A stretch of DNA of 56,884 nt from Kofleriaceae bacterium (GTDB lineage: Bacteria > Myxococcota_A > Polyangia > Haliangiales > Haliangiaceae), in NCBI GenBank assembly GCA_048500355.1, contig JASNYD010000006.1, forward strand, positions 608,211 to 665,094, in the 5' to 3' direction. Positions within the stretch are counted from its first letter, which is position 1; the number at the start of each line of letters is the position of its first letter. A program made the position numbers and the translations under genes. The notes beneath the pieces were generated by a model. It did not search any database. It was not told where the DNA came from and saw only the letters and a program-made list of their open reading frames with translations. Below are positions 22,290 through 33,158 of the stretch, piece after piece.

Positions 22290-25200
22290 ACATCACCGAG
22301 ATCTGCATCCGGCGACCCGTCTTCGCCTGGATGATCATGCTGGCGACCGTGCTGTTCGGCGTGGTCGCCATCGGCCGGGTCGGCGTCTCGCAGTACCCCG
22401 ACGTCGACTTCCCGACGATCAGCGTCGGCGTCACCTGGGAGGGCGCCGCTCCCGACGTGATGGAGGCCGAGGTCATCGAGGTCATCGAGGAGGCGGTGAT
22501 GCAGGTCGAGGGCGTGCGCGCGGTCAACTCCAGCGCGCGCCAGGGCCAGGCCTCGGTGACCATCGAGCTCGACATCGACCGCCCGGTCGATCTCGCCTTG
22601 CAGGACGTGCAGACCCGCGTCGCCCAGGCCCAGCGCCGGCTGCCGGTCGACATGGATCCGCCGACGATCTCCAAGACCAACCCCGAGGACCAGCCCATCA
22701 TGTGGGTCGGCCTGTCGGGGCCCTACTCGCGCGCGCTCCTCACCGACACCGCCAAGTACGAGATCAAGGAGCGCCTGCAGACCCTGCCCGGCGTCGGCGA
22801 GGTCACGCTCGGCGGCTTCCTCGAGCGCAACGTCCGCATCTGGCTCGACGCCGCCGCCCTCGCCCGCCACAAGCTGACCCCCGCCGACGTCCAGGCCGCG
22901 CTCCAGCGCGAGCACGTCGAGCGCCCCGCCGGCCGCATCGACGCCCGCGGCCGCGAGATCACCGTGCGCGTCCTGGGCGAGGCCTTCGACCTCGCCACGC
23001 TGCGCGACATCATCATCACCCGCATCGACGGCGCGCCCATCCGGCTCGGCGCCGTCGCCGTGGTCGAGGACGGCTTCGAGGACGAGCGACGCATCGCCCG
23101 CAGCCTCGGCTTCCCGGTCCAGGGCATCGGCATCCGCAAGCAGCGCGGCGCCAACGCGGTGGCGGTGGCCCAGGCGGTGCGCGCCGAGCTGGTCAAGATC
23201 AACGACCGCCTGCCCGAGGGCATGGTGGCCGCGGTCAACTTCGACTCGGCGCGCTTCATCGAGGACACCGTCCGCCACATCGAGATCGAGCTGATCATGG
23301 CGGTCCTGCTCACCGCGCTGGTGTGCTGGATGTTCCTGGGCTCGCTGTCGAGCACGCTCAACGTGATCCTGGCGATCCCGATGTCGTTACTCGGGACGAT
23401 CGCCGCGATCTACTTCCTCGGCTTCACCCTCAACACCTTCACCCTGCTCGCGCTGTCGCTCGCGGTCGGGATCGTCGTCGACGACGCCATCATGGTGATG
23501 GAGAACATCTACCGCCACGCCGAGATGGGCAAGCCCGCGGCGCAGGCCGCCCGCGAAGGCACGCGCGAGATCACCTTCGCCGCCCTGGCCGCCACCATCG
23601 CCGTCGTCGCCATCTTCGTGCCGGTCGTGTTCATCGAGGGCGTCACCGGCAAGTACTTCATGCAGTTCGGCGTGACCCTGTCGATCGCCGTGCTCCTGTC
23701 CTACGTCGAGGCCATCACCCTGGCCCCGGCCCGCTGCGCCCAGTTCCTGCGCGCCGGCCGCCACGACCGCATGTGGCTGGGGCAGCAGGTCGACCGCGGC
23801 TTCGCCACCCTGGCCCGCGGCTACCGCTGGCTGCTCACCCGCGCCCTGCGCTGGTCGTGGGTCGTGCTGCTGGCCGCCGCCACCTCGATCGTCGGCCTCG
23901 TCCACGGCGTGCAGTCGCTGCCCAAGGAGATGGTGCCGGCCCAGGACCAGAGCCGGCTCATGGTCCGCATGTTCACCGAGGTCGGGACCTCGCTCGAGGA
24001 GACCGACCAGGTCTTCCGCCAGGCCGAGGAGTTCATCAACGCCCAGCCCGAGGTCCGCCGCACGATGGCGATCGTCGGCGGCTTCGGCGGCGGCAACGTC
24101 AGCCAGGTGATCGTCATGACCTCGCTGGTGCCGCGCTCCGAGCGCCAGGTCAGCCAGGCCGAGTTCGCGACCCGGTTGCGGCGCAACCTCTCCGGCATCG
24201 CCGGCCTGCGGGTGGTGGTCCAGGACCTGTCGCAGTCGGGCTTCACCGCCAACCGCGGCTTCCCGGTCGAGGTCAGCGTGCGCGGCCCCGACTGGCCGAC
24301 GCTGGTCGACGAGGCCCTGCGCCTGCGGGACGCGCTGGCCGAGAGCGGGATGGTGATGGACGTCGACACCGACTACGAGCTCGGCATGCCCGAGCTGCGG
24401 CTGCTCCCGCAGCGCGACCGCGCCGCCGATCTCGGCATCTCCGTCGACGACATCGCCACGGCGGTCAACACGATGATCGGCGGCGTCCGCGCCGGCAAGT
24501 ACAGCTCCGGCGGCCGCCGCGTCGACGTCCGGCTCAAGGTCCGCCGCGATCAGCGAGCCAGCCCCGACGCCCTGGGCCAGCTCTACCTGCGGGCGCGGAC
24601 CGGCGAGATGATCCCGCTCTCGACCCTGGTCGAGCTGGAGGAGCGGCCGGCGCTGCAGTCGATCACCCGGCGCGACCGCGAGCGCGCCATCACGATCACC
24701 GCCAACGTCGCCCCCGGCTACTCCCAGCAGGACGCCCTGACCAAGGTCCGCGAGCTGAGCAAGACCCTGCCCCCCGGCTACAAGGCGGTGCTCGGCGGCG
24801 CCAGCGCCAGCTTCCTCGAGTCGTTCGCGGGGCTCGGCTTCGCCTTCCTGCTCGGCGTGGCCGTCGCCTACATGGTGCTCGGCTCGCAGTTCAACTCGTT
24901 CCTCCACCCGGTCACCGTGCTGACGATCCTGCCGCTGTCGCTGGTGGGCGCGGTGTTCGCCCTGCTCTACAGCGGCCAGACCCTCAACATCTTCTCGATG
25001 ATCGGCCTCCTCCTCCTGGCCGGCATCGTCAAGAAGAACTCGATCATCCTCGTCGAGTACGCCAACAACGCCCGCGACCGCGGCCTCGACGCCCGCGCCG
25101 CGATGATCGAGGCCGGCCCCACCCGGCTGCGCCCCATCCTGATGACCTCGATCGCGACCATGACCGCGGCGGTGCCCGCCGCCCTCGGCCTGGGCGAGGG

Positions 25201-25348
25201 CAGCGAGACCCGCACCCCGATGGCGATCGCCGTCATCGGCGGCCTGGCGGTGTCGACCGCGCTCAGCCTGTTCGTGGTCCCCGCCTTCTACGTCGTCGCC
25301 GACGCCGTGCGCCGCCGCCTCGGCCTGGGCGGCTCGGCCGCGCCCTGA
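22286..25348 (+). CDS. RND efflux permease, AcrB/HAE1-like
   Basis: GTG/TGA overlap with the adaptor gene. MNITEICIRRPVFAWMIMLATVLFGVVAIGRVGVSQYPDVDFPTISV... is a typical AcrB N-terminus. 1020 aa with ~12 TM helices. Confidence 0.95.
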   Translation: MNITEICIRRPVFAWMIMLATVLFGVVAIGRVGVSQYPDVDFPTISVGVTWEGAAPDVMEAEVIEVIEEAVMQVEGVRAVNSSARQGQASVTIELDIDRPVDLALQDVQTRVAQAQRRLPVDMDPPTISKTNPEDQPIMWVGLSGPYSRALLTDTAKYEIKERLQTLPGVGEVTLGGFLERNVRIWLDAAALARHKLTPADVQAALQREHVERPAGRIDARGREITVRVLGEAFDLATLRDIIITRIDGAPIRLGAVAVVEDGFEDERRIARSLGFPVQGIGIRKQRGANAVAVAQAVRAELVKINDRLPEGMVAAVNFDSARFIEDTVRHIEIELIMAVLLTALVCWMFLGSLSSTLNVILAIPMSLLGTIAAIYFLGFTLNTFTLLALSLAVGIVVDDAIMVMENIYRHAEMGKPAAQAAREGTREITFAALAATIAVVAIFVPVVFIEGVTGKYFMQFGVTLSIAVLLSYVEAITLAPARCAQFLRAGRHDRMWLGQQVDRGFATLARGYRWLLTRALRWSWVVLLAAATSIVGLVHGVQSLPKEMVPAQDQSRLMVRMFTEVGTSLEETDQVFRQAEEFINAQPEVRRTMAIVGGFGGGNVSQVIVMTSLVPRSERQVSQAEFATRLRRNLSGIAGLRVVVQDLSQSGFTANRGFPVEVSVRGPDWPTLVDEALRLRDALAESGMVMDVDTDYELGMPELRLLPQRDRAADLGISVDDIATAVNTMIGGVRAGKYSSGGRRVDVRLKVRRDQRASPDALGQLYLRARTGEMIPLSTLVELEERPALQSITRRDRERAITITANVAPGYSQQDALTKVRELSKTLPPGYKAVLGGASASFLESFAGLGFAFLLGVAVAYMVLGSQFNSFLHPVTVLTILPLSLVGAVFALLYSGQTLNIFSMIGLLLLAGIVKKNSIILVEYANNARDRGLDARAAMIEAGPTRLRPILMTSIATMTAAVPAALGLGEGSETRTPMAIAVIGGLAVSTALSLFVVPAFYVVADAVRRRLGLGGSAAP

Positions 25349-25390
25349 CGCCGGCGCGCGCGTCGTGGCGTGCCGGCGCGCCGCGCGCGA

Positions 25391-25774
25391 TCAGCCGGCC
25401 GTGGCCGCGATCAGCGCCAGCACCCGCGCCCGCAGCGCCTGCGGCGCCCACGGCTTGGCGATGACCTCGTCGACGACACCGGCGGCCTGGGCCGCGACCA
25501 GGGTCGGCTCGTCGTCGAAGCCGGTCACGACCACGACCCGCAGCCGGGGCCAGCGCGCGCGCGCGGCCCGGGCCAGCTCGACCCCGGTCGGCCGCCCCAG
25601 GGCCAGGTCGCTGACCAGGGCGTCGGCCGGCCAGCGCTCGAGCACCGCCAGGGCCTCGGTGGCGTCGGCGGCGGCCACCACCTCGGCGGCGCGGGCGAAG
25701 GTCCGCACCATCAGGTCGCGGTTGTACAGCTCGTCGTCGACGACCAGGATGCGCGGCGGCGGACCGTCAGCCAC
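25391..25774 (-). CDS. Response regulator receiver (CheY-like, stand-alone REC)
   Basis: [13 protein letters not shown].....ALVSDLALG...VVVVTGF....KPW has the receiver Asp and Lys positions. It overlaps the 3' end of the upstream HK gene by 8 nt. Confidence 0.85.
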   Translation of the reverse strand: MADGPPPRILVVDDELYNRDLMVRTFARAAEVVAAADATEALAVLERWPADALVSDLALGRPTGVELARAARARWPRLRVVVVTGFDDEPTLVAAQAAGVVDEVIAKPWAPQALRARVLALIAATAG

Positions 25775-27137
25775 CGCCGACCTCGTCGCCGAGGCCCGCT
25801 GCCCGTGATCCTGGCGCGACCGCGAGCGGCGCCGGGGCCTCGACCCGCGGCCGCTCCGCCGCGCCGTCGCTCGGGCCGCGCACCGGGATCGTGACCACGA
25901 ACTCGGCGCCAGCGCCGGCGCGGTTGGCCCAGCGCAAGGAGCCGCCGTGGGCGCGCACGATGTTGGCGCAGATCCACAGCCCGAGGCCGGTGCCCTCGCC
26001 GACCTCCTTGGTGGTGAAGAACGGATCCGAGATCTTCTCCATCAGGTCGGGCTTGATGCCGGGCCCCGAGTCACAGATGGTGACGCGGATCGCCGCCCCG
26101 TCGTCGACGGTCTCGATCGCGACGTCGATCCACCCGGTGCCGGCGATGGCCTGGGCGGCGTTGGTCAGGATGTTCATGAACACCTGGTTGACGTGGCCGG
26201 CGTTGCACAGCACCCGCGGCACGCCGGGCGCGATCCGGCGCCGGACCTCGACCCGGTTCTTGAGCAGGGGCCCGATCAGGTTGAGCGTGGTGTCGATGCC
26301 GCCGACGATGTCGGTCTCGGCCAGCTCGTTACCCCCGGTGCGCGCGAAGCTCTTGAGATCGGCGACGATGTCGGCGGTGCGCTCGGCGCCGGCCCGGATC
26401 GACCGCAGGAGCTTGCGCCAGTCGGCGACCAGGAAGTCGAGCTCGACCTCGGCCTTGAGCGCGTCGAGCGCGGCCCGCAGCTCGGGCGGCAGCGCCGCGC
26501 CATCGACCAGCGCCACCAGCCGCAGCAGGTCCTCCATGTACTGGCCGAGGAAGTCGACGTTGCCGTAGACGAAGTTGATCGGGTTGTTGAGCTCGTGGGC
26601 GATGCCGGCCACCAGCCGGCCCAGCGACGACATCTTCTCCTGGTGGACGAGCTGGGCCTGGGCCGCGCGCAGCTCGTCGGTGCGCTCCCGCACCTTCTCC
26701 TCGAGGTCGCCCTTGGCCCGCCGCTCGTGCTCGAGCGCGACCTTGAGCCGGCGCTGGATGCGGACGTCGGCGGTGACGTCGCGGTAGGTCTCGACCACCA
26801 CCGCCTCGCCGTCGTCGAGCTCGACCGGGGCCGCGGTCACGATGAAGGTGAGGTCCTCGCCGTCGCCGCGGCGGGCGCCGATCTCGTCGACCCGAAGCCG
26901 CCGCCCGACCTCGCGCACCTTGCAGCCCAGGCACGCCTGCTCGCAGATCTCGAGCTTGAACAGCTCGTGGCAGCGGGCCCCGGCCTTGACCTTCTCGGCG
27001 AGCTGGCGCCCGCGCAGGCCGGTCAGCGCCTCGTAGGCCTGGTTGTAGTGGAGCACCCGACGCTCGGCGTCGAGGACGACGGCGGCGTCGACGCTGCCAT
27101 CGAGGAGCTGGGTGATCTGGTGGAACAGCTTGGCCAA
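25767..27137 (-). CDS. PAS-domain sensor histidine kinase (cytoplasmic), with a 4-Cys PAS
   Basis: H-box: [21 protein letters not shown]-box: [16 protein letters not shown]-boxes: DSGPGI and GTGLGL. The N-terminal PAS carries C-x8-C-x3-C-x2-C ([19 protein letters not shown]). The ORF-track start is TTG at 27137 (see the PAS 4-Cys finding). Confidence 0.9.
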   Translation of the reverse strand: MAKLFHQITQLLDGSVDAAVVLDAERRVLHYNQAYEALTGLRGRQLAEKVKAGARCHELFKLEICEQACLGCKVREVGRRLRVDEIGARRGDGEDLTFIVTAAPVELDDGEAVVVETYRDVTADVRIQRRLKVALEHERRAKGDLEEKVRERTDELRAAQAQLVHQEKMSSLGRLVAGIAHELNNPINFVYGNVDFLGQYMEDLLRLVALVDGAALPPELRAALDALKAEVELDFLVADWRKLLRSIRAGAERTADIVADLKSFARTGGNELAETDIVGGIDTTLNLIGPLLKNRVEVRRRIAPGVPRVLCNAGHVNQVFMNILTNAAQAIAGTGWIDVAIETVDDGAAIRVTICDSGPGIKPDLMEKISDPFFTTKEVGEGTGLGLWICANIVRAHGGSLRWANRAGAGAEFVVTIPVRGPSDGAAERPRVEAPAPLAVAPGSRAAGLGDEVGGG

Positions 27138-27186
27138 GCGGGGGGCTCGGGGGGCGGAGCGCGGGATGGTGCCGGATCGGTCCGGA

Positions 27187-27684
27187 TCAGGCCTCCGCCA
27201 GGAACGACAGGTAGCGCTCGGGCAGGTCGTCGAACTCCATGGTCGCGCCGCACTGCGAGCAGGCGAACTGCGGGATCTCGTGCTTGCCGCCGGTCTGCGT
27301 GACGTCGACCAGCTTCTCCTCCTCCTGGCCGCAGCGGTCGCACACGTAGGGCGCGAAGAAGGAGCGGATGCGAGCGTTGCCGCGGAAGTTGTAGATCATG
27401 TTGAGCTGGGTCACGATCGCCGGCGAGCAGTGCGAGAACGACAGCTCGGTGACGTGGGGCAGATCGCGGACGAAGTTGACCCACTCGCGCACGCCGCAGC
27501 TGTTGATGCGGCGGACCTCGCCGAGCTGGAACGCCACGGCGCCGCGCAGCCGCCGCCGCAGCTCGACGAAGTCGGCGTTCTCGTCGATCTCCCCCACGAA
27601 CTCGACGGTGGTCAGGCCGGGGCGTTCGCGGATGCGCCACGACAGCGCGACCGGCTCGGGCCCCCGCACGTCCGCCGTCGCCAT
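27187..27684 (-). CDS. STAS-like (anti-sigma-antagonist fold) domain fused to a C-terminal C4 zinc ribbon
   Basis: GGAGTGAGG RBS. STAS-like core: ...[15 protein letters not shown]...[22 protein letters not shown]...[15 protein letters not shown]. Zinc ribbon: CDRCG...CSQCG. It is a paralogue of 33748..34695. Confidence 0.7.
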   Translation of the reverse strand: MATADVRGPEPVALSWRIRERPGLTTVEFVGEIDENADFVELRRRLRGAVAFQLGEVRRINSCGVREWVNFVRDLPHVTELSFSHCSPAIVTQLNMIYNFRGNARIRSFFAPYVCDRCGQEEEKLVDVTQTGGKHEIPQFACSQCGATMEFDDLPERYLSFLAEA

Positions 27685-27688
27685 CGCC

Positions 27689-28612
27689 TCACTCCATCCG
27701 CTCGGGCGACTTCTCGAAGTGCTGGCGGACCTCGGTCCGCGCCGCCTCGTCGAGCGACGCCGGCTCGATCAGCACGTCCTTGACGTCGAAGCGCACCGGC
27801 TCGGGGCTGGCGAAGACGCCGCGCTTGACGACGCGGCCCATGCGCCCGGCGAGGCCCTGGTAGGCGGCCTTCGACGGCGAGGCCCAGCCCGAGATCGCGC
27901 CGCCGCCGCCGAAGCGGGTCACCGCGGTCCCGACCGAGGCGACCGTCGCCGCCGGCACCTTGGCGTTGACCTGGACGAAGGCGGGGTTGGGCACCGCGCC
28001 GGTGTCGAACAGCTTGGCCAGGCCCTTCTGCGAGCCGATGGGCGCGAACACCGCCTGCGCGCCCTTGTACGACGCGACCTCGGCGACCGCGGCCGTCAGG
28101 TCGGGCTTGCCGACCCGGCTGGCGAAGAAGCCGGCGTCGACCTCGGACTCGAGCATGGCGTTGTCGACGAAGCCGTTGTCGTTGCAGCCGGTCTGCACGA
28201 ACGCCAGCTTCTTGCCCTCGAGCGCCTTCATGTCGCCGCCGGCGCCCGAGAACAGGGCGTAGGTGCGGGCGCCGCTGCCGCCGATCTGGGCGTTGGCCAG
28301 CAGGTTCCAGCCCAGGTTGGTGGCGTAGCACTGGGCGTCGACGATCGCGAAGTCGACGCCGGCGCTCTTGAGGGCGCCGAACGAGGCGAACGACTTGGCC
28401 TCGGTCTTGACCCCGGTCTGGGCCTCGATCGCCTTGGCCAGGCCCTGGACGTAGGACAGGCGGTCCTGGGCGGTGCCGAACTCGACCGACGGCGCGTAGA
28501 TGCCGATCACCAGCTTGCCGGGCGCCGGCTGGGTGGTGCCGGGACGGACCACCAGGGCGACGGCCAGGGCGACCAGGCAGAGCGTCGGGATGATGATGCT
28601 GAGCTTGCGCAT
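27689..28612 (-). CDS. Periplasmic substrate-binding-like protein (PhnD/SsuA-type fold) with signal peptide
   Basis: AGGAG RBS. Signal [22 protein letters not shown]. Its stop is 4 nt from the next gene start. Confidence 0.7.
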   Translation of the reverse strand: MRKLSIIIPTLCLVALAVALVVRPGTTQPAPGKLVIGIYAPSVEFGTAQDRLSYVQGLAKAIEAQTGVKTEAKSFASFGALKSAGVDFAIVDAQCYATNLGWNLLANAQIGGSGARTYALFSGAGGDMKALEGKKLAFVQTGCNDNGFVDNAMLESEVDAGFFASRVGKPDLTAAVAEVASYKGAQAVFAPIGSQKGLAKLFDTGAVPNPAFVQVNAKVPAATVASVGTAVTRFGGGGAISGWASPSKAAYQGLAGRMGRVVKRGVFASPEPVRFDVKDVLIEPASLDEAARTEVRQHFEKSPERME

Positions 28613-28631
28613 GGTGTGCTCCTGGGTGCCG

Positions 28632-31283
28632 CTAGTAGCCGTAGATCCGCTTCTTGGCGTCGATCCACTTCTGGAGATCGCGCGCGCCGGCGACCCGGCC
28701 CGACGCCGAGCGCCAGGCCTCGTAGGCGTCCTTGGGCCGCCCCGCCTGGTCGTAGAGGATGCCGAGGTTGACCAGCGCCTCGGGCGGCTGGCCGCGCAGC
28801 GCCTCGAGGGCGCCGATCTTGCTCTTGTCGAGCGACAGCACCGCGCGGTTGTTGACCAGGCGACGCTTGGCGTCGTCGCTGGCGAAGCGCTCGGCGCTGT
28901 CGAGGGCCTTGGCCGCGGGCCCGGTGCGGCCGTTGCGCCAGTGGTCGAACGCGACGTACTCCCACGACGACGCGATCAGGTCGCGGACCTTGGTGCTGAA
29001 GGCGCCGGTGGCGCTGCCGAGCAGGCGGGTGAAGGTCGCGGCCGCTCGTTCGCGCAGGGTGGCGTTGTTCGAGCGGTAGTCGGCGTAGGCGCCGAAGAAC
29101 TCGGTGCCGACCTTGGCGTAGGGCGCCTTGAGGTACGCGGCCTGGTTGCCCTTGGCGGCGAGCTGCTTGAAGTACTTGCCGGCCTCGGCGGTGTCGCCCT
29201 TCTCGAGCAGGGCCAGGGCGTAGCTGAACTCGAAGGCCGCTGGCTCGGTGCCCTTGAGCAGCGAGGGCTCGCGGGTCGCGCGCTCCAGGTCGGCCACCGC
29301 CTCCGCGTCCTTGCCGGCCTTGATCGCCCGCCAGCCGCGGCGGAACAGGGCGAGGGCGAGGTTGCGCTTGGCCGCGGGCGCCACCTCCGGCGACTGGGCG
29401 GCGAAGCCCACGGCGATGCCGAGCTTCTCGACCGCCTCGTCGAGCTTGGTGTCGACCAGCAGCGGCGCCCACTCGGTGTAGATCTCGGCCTTCATCAGGT
29501 TCGCCTGGTTCTTGGTGGCCTCCTCGTCGGCCTCCGCGAAGTGCTGGGCGGCCCGCGCCTTGTCGGGCTTCTTCGCGCACAGGTGGGCGCGGCCGGCCAG
29601 GCGGTTGTAGAGCATGGAGTAGCCGCGGCGGTTGTCCTTGATGCGGTCGAGGTAGCGCAGCCCGCCGTCGCAGTCGCCGCGGTCGATGGCCAGGACCGCC
29701 AGGTTGAGCGCGACCATCGGCGAGCGGTCGTCGACCTTGAGCGCCTCCTCGAGGAAGGCGGCCGCGGTCTTGCCGTCACCCTTGGTGAAGGCGCCGGCGG
29801 CCTGGGCGTTGATGGTCTCGACGAGCGCGCGCCGGATCTGCAGCTCCCTGGGTCGCAGGGCCACCGCGGCCTCGAAGCGCTGGCGCGCCACCACCAGCTT
29901 GCCCTGGTTGTACTGGGCCTTGGCGCTGACCAGGTAGAGCTCGGCGGCGAGCTCGGGCGGCGCGCTGGCGAACGCCTTGCCGGCGATGAGCTGGTCGGCG
30001 GTCTTGGCGGCGTCGCCGTCGCGCCGGGCCGCCAGGTAGGCGCCGCCGAGCTCGATGCCGAGGTCGAAGCTCGACGGGTCGAGCTGGCGGCCGGCCTCGA
30101 GCTTCTCGATGGCCAGCGCCAGGTTGGTGTTCTGGGCGCCGGTCGACGGCATGCGGCGGTAGGTCTTGCCCAGCCGCACGCTGAGCTCGCTGGCGCCCGC
30201 GCCGCCGCGCATGAGCTTCTCCGCCTGCAGGTAGGCCGCCAGGGCCTGGCCCCAGTCGCGCTCCTGGAAGTAGGCGTCGCCGATGAGGATGTAGCCGCGG
30301 GGCTCGTTCTTGCGCTTCTTCAGGTACTCGTTGGCGGCCTGCCGCGCCCGCTGCGGCAGCTTCTTGGCCAGGTACGCCGAGCCGAGGTTGAAGTAGACCG
30401 AGCCGTTGCTGTCGATGTTGCGCGGGTTGCCCTGCAGGCGCTCGCACACGGTGATGGCCTGGTCGAACTTGCGCAGGCCGGTGTAGGCGGCGCACAGTCC
30501 GATGTCGGCGTTGGGCTGGGCGTACTGGGCCTTGCCGTGCTTGCGGACGACGGTCTCGAACTCCTTGACCGCGCGCTCGTAGTCCCGGTTGGCGGCGTCG
30601 TGCTGGCTCTCGCGCACCGCCATGCGGCCGCGCGCCAGGTACGAGAAGCCGAGCCGGATGCGGGGCAGGACGTCGCGGCTCTCGCGATCGGCGGGCCGCG
30701 CCGCCAGGTACGCCTCGTAGGCGGTGATCGTCTTCAGCGGATCGCGGTTGAAGTAGAACTCGCCCAGGATCTGCTGGTTGGAGAACAGCGAGGCCCGCTT
30801 GGCCACCGCCTTCTCGGCGACCGCGACCGCGCCCGGCTTGTCGCCGGTCGCCCACAGGAGCAGCGCCTCCTGCTCGAGGACCTCGGCGGCCTCGGGGTGG
30901 GTGCGCTTGGCCACGGTGCGGATGAACTCGAGCCCGCCCTTGTAGTCGGCCTGGATGATGAAGATCGCCGCCCGCTTGCCGTAGGCCTCGGGCGGGACCT
31001 GGGTCGGGGCCGAGCGGATGGCCGAGTCGAAGGCCGCGGCGGCGCGTCGCCAGTTGGCCTCCTCGAAGTAGCGATCGCCCTCCTTCAGGTCCTCGGCCAC
31101 GTCGGCGACGGCGGTGCCGGCGGCGAGGAGGACGAGCACGAGCCCGAGGGCGGCGGCCCAGGTGCGGGCCAGGCCGCGCGTGGCGCAGGACGTTCGCGTT
31201 GGTTCGTTCACGGGTTCCTCGTTCACGGGTTCCTCCACGGGGGCCGTCGCGGCCCGGGCCTGCCAGCGCTCAGCGTTGCGCAC
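28632..31283 (-). CDS. Secreted TPR-repeat protein (~880 aa); start uncertain (GTG at 31283 or downstream GTG giving MNEPTRTS...)
   Basis: Signal/TM ARTWAAALGLVLVLLAAGTAVADVA. Many TPR-like units follow. A 15-bp tandem duplication (EEPVNEEPVNE) sits at the 5' end. Confidence 0.8.
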   Translation of the reverse strand: MRNAERWQARAATAPVEEPVNEEPVNEPTRTSCATRGLARTWAAALGLVLVLLAAGTAVADVAEDLKEGDRYFEEANWRRAAAAFDSAIRSAPTQVPPEAYGKRAAIFIIQADYKGGLEFIRTVAKRTHPEAAEVLEQEALLLWATGDKPGAVAVAEKAVAKRASLFSNQQILGEFYFNRDPLKTITAYEAYLAARPADRESRDVLPRIRLGFSYLARGRMAVRESQHDAANRDYERAVKEFETVVRKHGKAQYAQPNADIGLCAAYTGLRKFDQAITVCERLQGNPRNIDSNGSVYFNLGSAYLAKKLPQRARQAANEYLKKRKNEPRGYILIGDAYFQERDWGQALAAYLQAEKLMRGGAGASELSVRLGKTYRRMPSTGAQNTNLALAIEKLEAGRQLDPSSFDLGIELGGAYLAARRDGDAAKTADQLIAGKAFASAPPELAAELYLVSAKAQYNQGKLVVARQRFEAAVALRPRELQIRRALVETINAQAAGAFTKGDGKTAAAFLEEALKVDDRSPMVALNLAVLAIDRGDCDGGLRYLDRIKDNRRGYSMLYNRLAGRAHLCAKKPDKARAAQHFAEADEEATKNQANLMKAEIYTEWAPLLVDTKLDEAVEKLGIAVGFAAQSPEVAPAAKRNLALALFRRGWRAIKAGKDAEAVADLERATREPSLLKGTEPAAFEFSYALALLEKGDTAEAGKYFKQLAAKGNQAAYLKAPYAKVGTEFFGAYADYRSNNATLRERAAATFTRLLGSATGAFSTKVRDLIASSWEYVAFDHWRNGRTGPAAKALDSAERFASDDAKRRLVNNRAVLSLDKSKIGALEALRGQPPEALVNLGILYDQAGRPKDAYEAWRSASGRVAGARDLQKWIDAKKRIYGY

Positions 31284-31299
31284 CGGTGCTCGCCGGTGC

Positions 31300-32988
31300 T
31301 CAGAAGACCTTGCCGATGACGAGCGTGATGTCGTCCTTGCGGATGTTGTCGCCGAAGAAGTTGGCGGCGTCGGTCACGACGGCGTCGCGGATCTCCCCGG
31401 CCTCGAGCGCGGCCGCCCGCCGCACCGAGGCCCGGAAGCGCTTCTCGCCGTACTCCTCGCCGCCGCTCGACTCGCACTCGACGATGCCGTCCGTGTACCA
31501 GACCAGGATGTCGCCGGGCATGAGCTCGGTGGTCTTGACCTCGTACTTCGACTCCTTGAGGTCGCCGAGCCGGTTGCCGCGGATCATCAGCGAGCCGAAC
31601 TCGCCCTGCCCGCCCTCCGAGGTCCGGTACAGGTAGGGGAAGTTGTGGCCGGCGTTGGCGTACGTGATCGTGCGCCGGCGGGTGTCGATGACCGAGGCGA
31701 AGCAGGTCATCACGAACTTGCGCTTGGCGCTCTGGTAGATCGCCGAGTTCATGATCTCGAGCAGCTTGGCCGGGTCGACGTTGTCGCCGTTGACGGCGCG
31801 GGCGACGTCGCACGCCGCCTTGGCCGCCGCCGTGATCATCGCCGACGGCACGCCGTGGCCGGTGACGTCGCCGATCACGACCAGGACCTTGTCGCCGACC
31901 ATGTCGTGCCACGTCCACCAGTCGCCGCCGCACTGCGACGCCGGCTGGAAGTAGCCGGCGAAGCGCAGCGTGCCCTTGTCGACCGGATCGTGGGTCGGCA
32001 CCAGGGTCTCCTGGATCGTCCGCGCCACCTCGAGCTCCTTCTCCATCGTCGCCTTCTCGGCGGTCTGCTGGAGCAGCACGAGGAGCTGGTCGGCCATGAA
32101 GTTGAAGTTCTCGCCGAGCAGGCCGAGCTCGTCGGTCGACTTGACCTCGACGCGGGCGGCCAGATCACCGCGGGCGATCTGGTCGGCCTTCCACGCCAGG
32201 AGCTTGATGGGCTTGGAGATCTGGACGCCCTGGAAGATCGCGAGCAGGGTGCCGATGAGCACGAACAGCGCGCCGAAGGCGCCGGTGCGTAGCGCGGCCT
32301 TGCGCGCCTCCTCGTCCTTGAGCTTGGCGCTCTCGCGGGCGAAGGTGTCGACCGGCGACAGGTCGTAGCCGAAGACCACGTAGCCCTGACGGTTCTCGCC
32401 CGGGTCGTCGGCCGCGGCGGCGGCCGGGCTCCAGCCGACCTGCTCGCCCGAGAACACCGGGTAGGCGAACAACAGCAGCTTGCCGTCCTCGCCGGCGGTC
32501 CAGTCGAGCGAGACGCTGATCTCGGGCTCGGTCGCGGCGGCGCGCCGCTTCCACTCCTCCAGCACCTTGGCCCACGACGCGTGCTTGACCCGCTCGCCCT
32601 CGACCTCGCCGGCGGCGTCGCAGCGGTCGTCCTTGCGCCGGCAGTACTTGATGAGGTTCTGGACGCGACCGACGACGTAGACCAGCTTGAGCTCGGCGTC
32701 GTGCTTGAGGGTGTCGTCGACGATCTCCTTGATCTCGACGTCCTGGGTGTTGATGAAGTACGAGCGCAGGCCCTGGCCGAAGAAGATCGTGTTGGTCTCG
32801 CCCTTGCTCTCGAGCTGCTTGCGGTACTCGGTGATCTTGTCCTTGGCCGCGCGATCGTAGGCCTCGCGGATGTTGCACGCGTTCAGCAGACCGAAGCCCA
32901 CCACCGTGAGGAGGATCAGGAACGTGGTGGTCAAGATCATCTTGACCGAGATGCTCAAGCCGCCGCGCTTTGCCATTGGCCATGCCAT
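31300..32988 (-). CDS. Membrane sensor PP2C-family protein phosphatase (SpoIIE/RsbU-like) with HAMP domain
   Basis: N-terminal TM, an extracytoplasmic region and a second TM ([17 protein letters not shown]), then HAMP ([43 protein letters not shown]), then PP2C motifs (GGDWW...[14 protein letters not shown]...YANAGH...WYTDG). Confidence 0.85.
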   Translation of the reverse strand: MAWPMAKRGGLSISVKMILTTTFLILLTVVGFGLLNACNIREAYDRAAKDKITEYRKQLESKGETNTIFFGQGLRSYFINTQDVEIKEIVDDTLKHDAELKLVYVVGRVQNLIKYCRRKDDRCDAAGEVEGERVKHASWAKVLEEWKRRAAATEPEISVSLDWTAGEDGKLLLFAYPVFSGEQVGWSPAAAAADDPGENRQGYVVFGYDLSPVDTFARESAKLKDEEARKAALRTGAFGALFVLIGTLLAIFQGVQISKPIKLLAWKADQIARGDLAARVEVKSTDELGLLGENFNFMADQLLVLLQQTAEKATMEKELEVARTIQETLVPTHDPVDKGTLRFAGYFQPASQCGGDWWTWHDMVGDKVLVVIGDVTGHGVPSAMITAAAKAACDVARAVNGDNVDPAKLLEIMNSAIYQSAKRKFVMTCFASVIDTRRRTITYANAGHNFPYLYRTSEGGQGEFGSLMIRGNRLGDLKESKYEVKTTELMPGDILVWYTDGIVECESSGGEEYGEKRFRASVRRAAALEAGEIRDAVVTDAANFFGDNIRKDDITLVIGKVF

Positions 32989-33158
32989 GTTACGGCGTCT
33001 GGTCGGAAGGGGTCAACGAAGCGTCCCCGCGACCGGTCGGTCCATGTCCGGTGTAAAGTTCCACATGCGCCGATGTGGGTGTCCCGCGCGCACCGCCGCG
33101 CGCCTCGGCCGTCGGCGCCAGGGGTCGCATTGGCGAGCGCGCGACGCGCTCTGCTACG

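Noticed and set aside
25355-25395. Bidirectional terminator between the RND pump and receiver genes
   Set aside because: The region is GC-palindromic (ccggcgcgcgcg...cgcgcgccgg) but has no U-tract on either strand. That is too weak to call.
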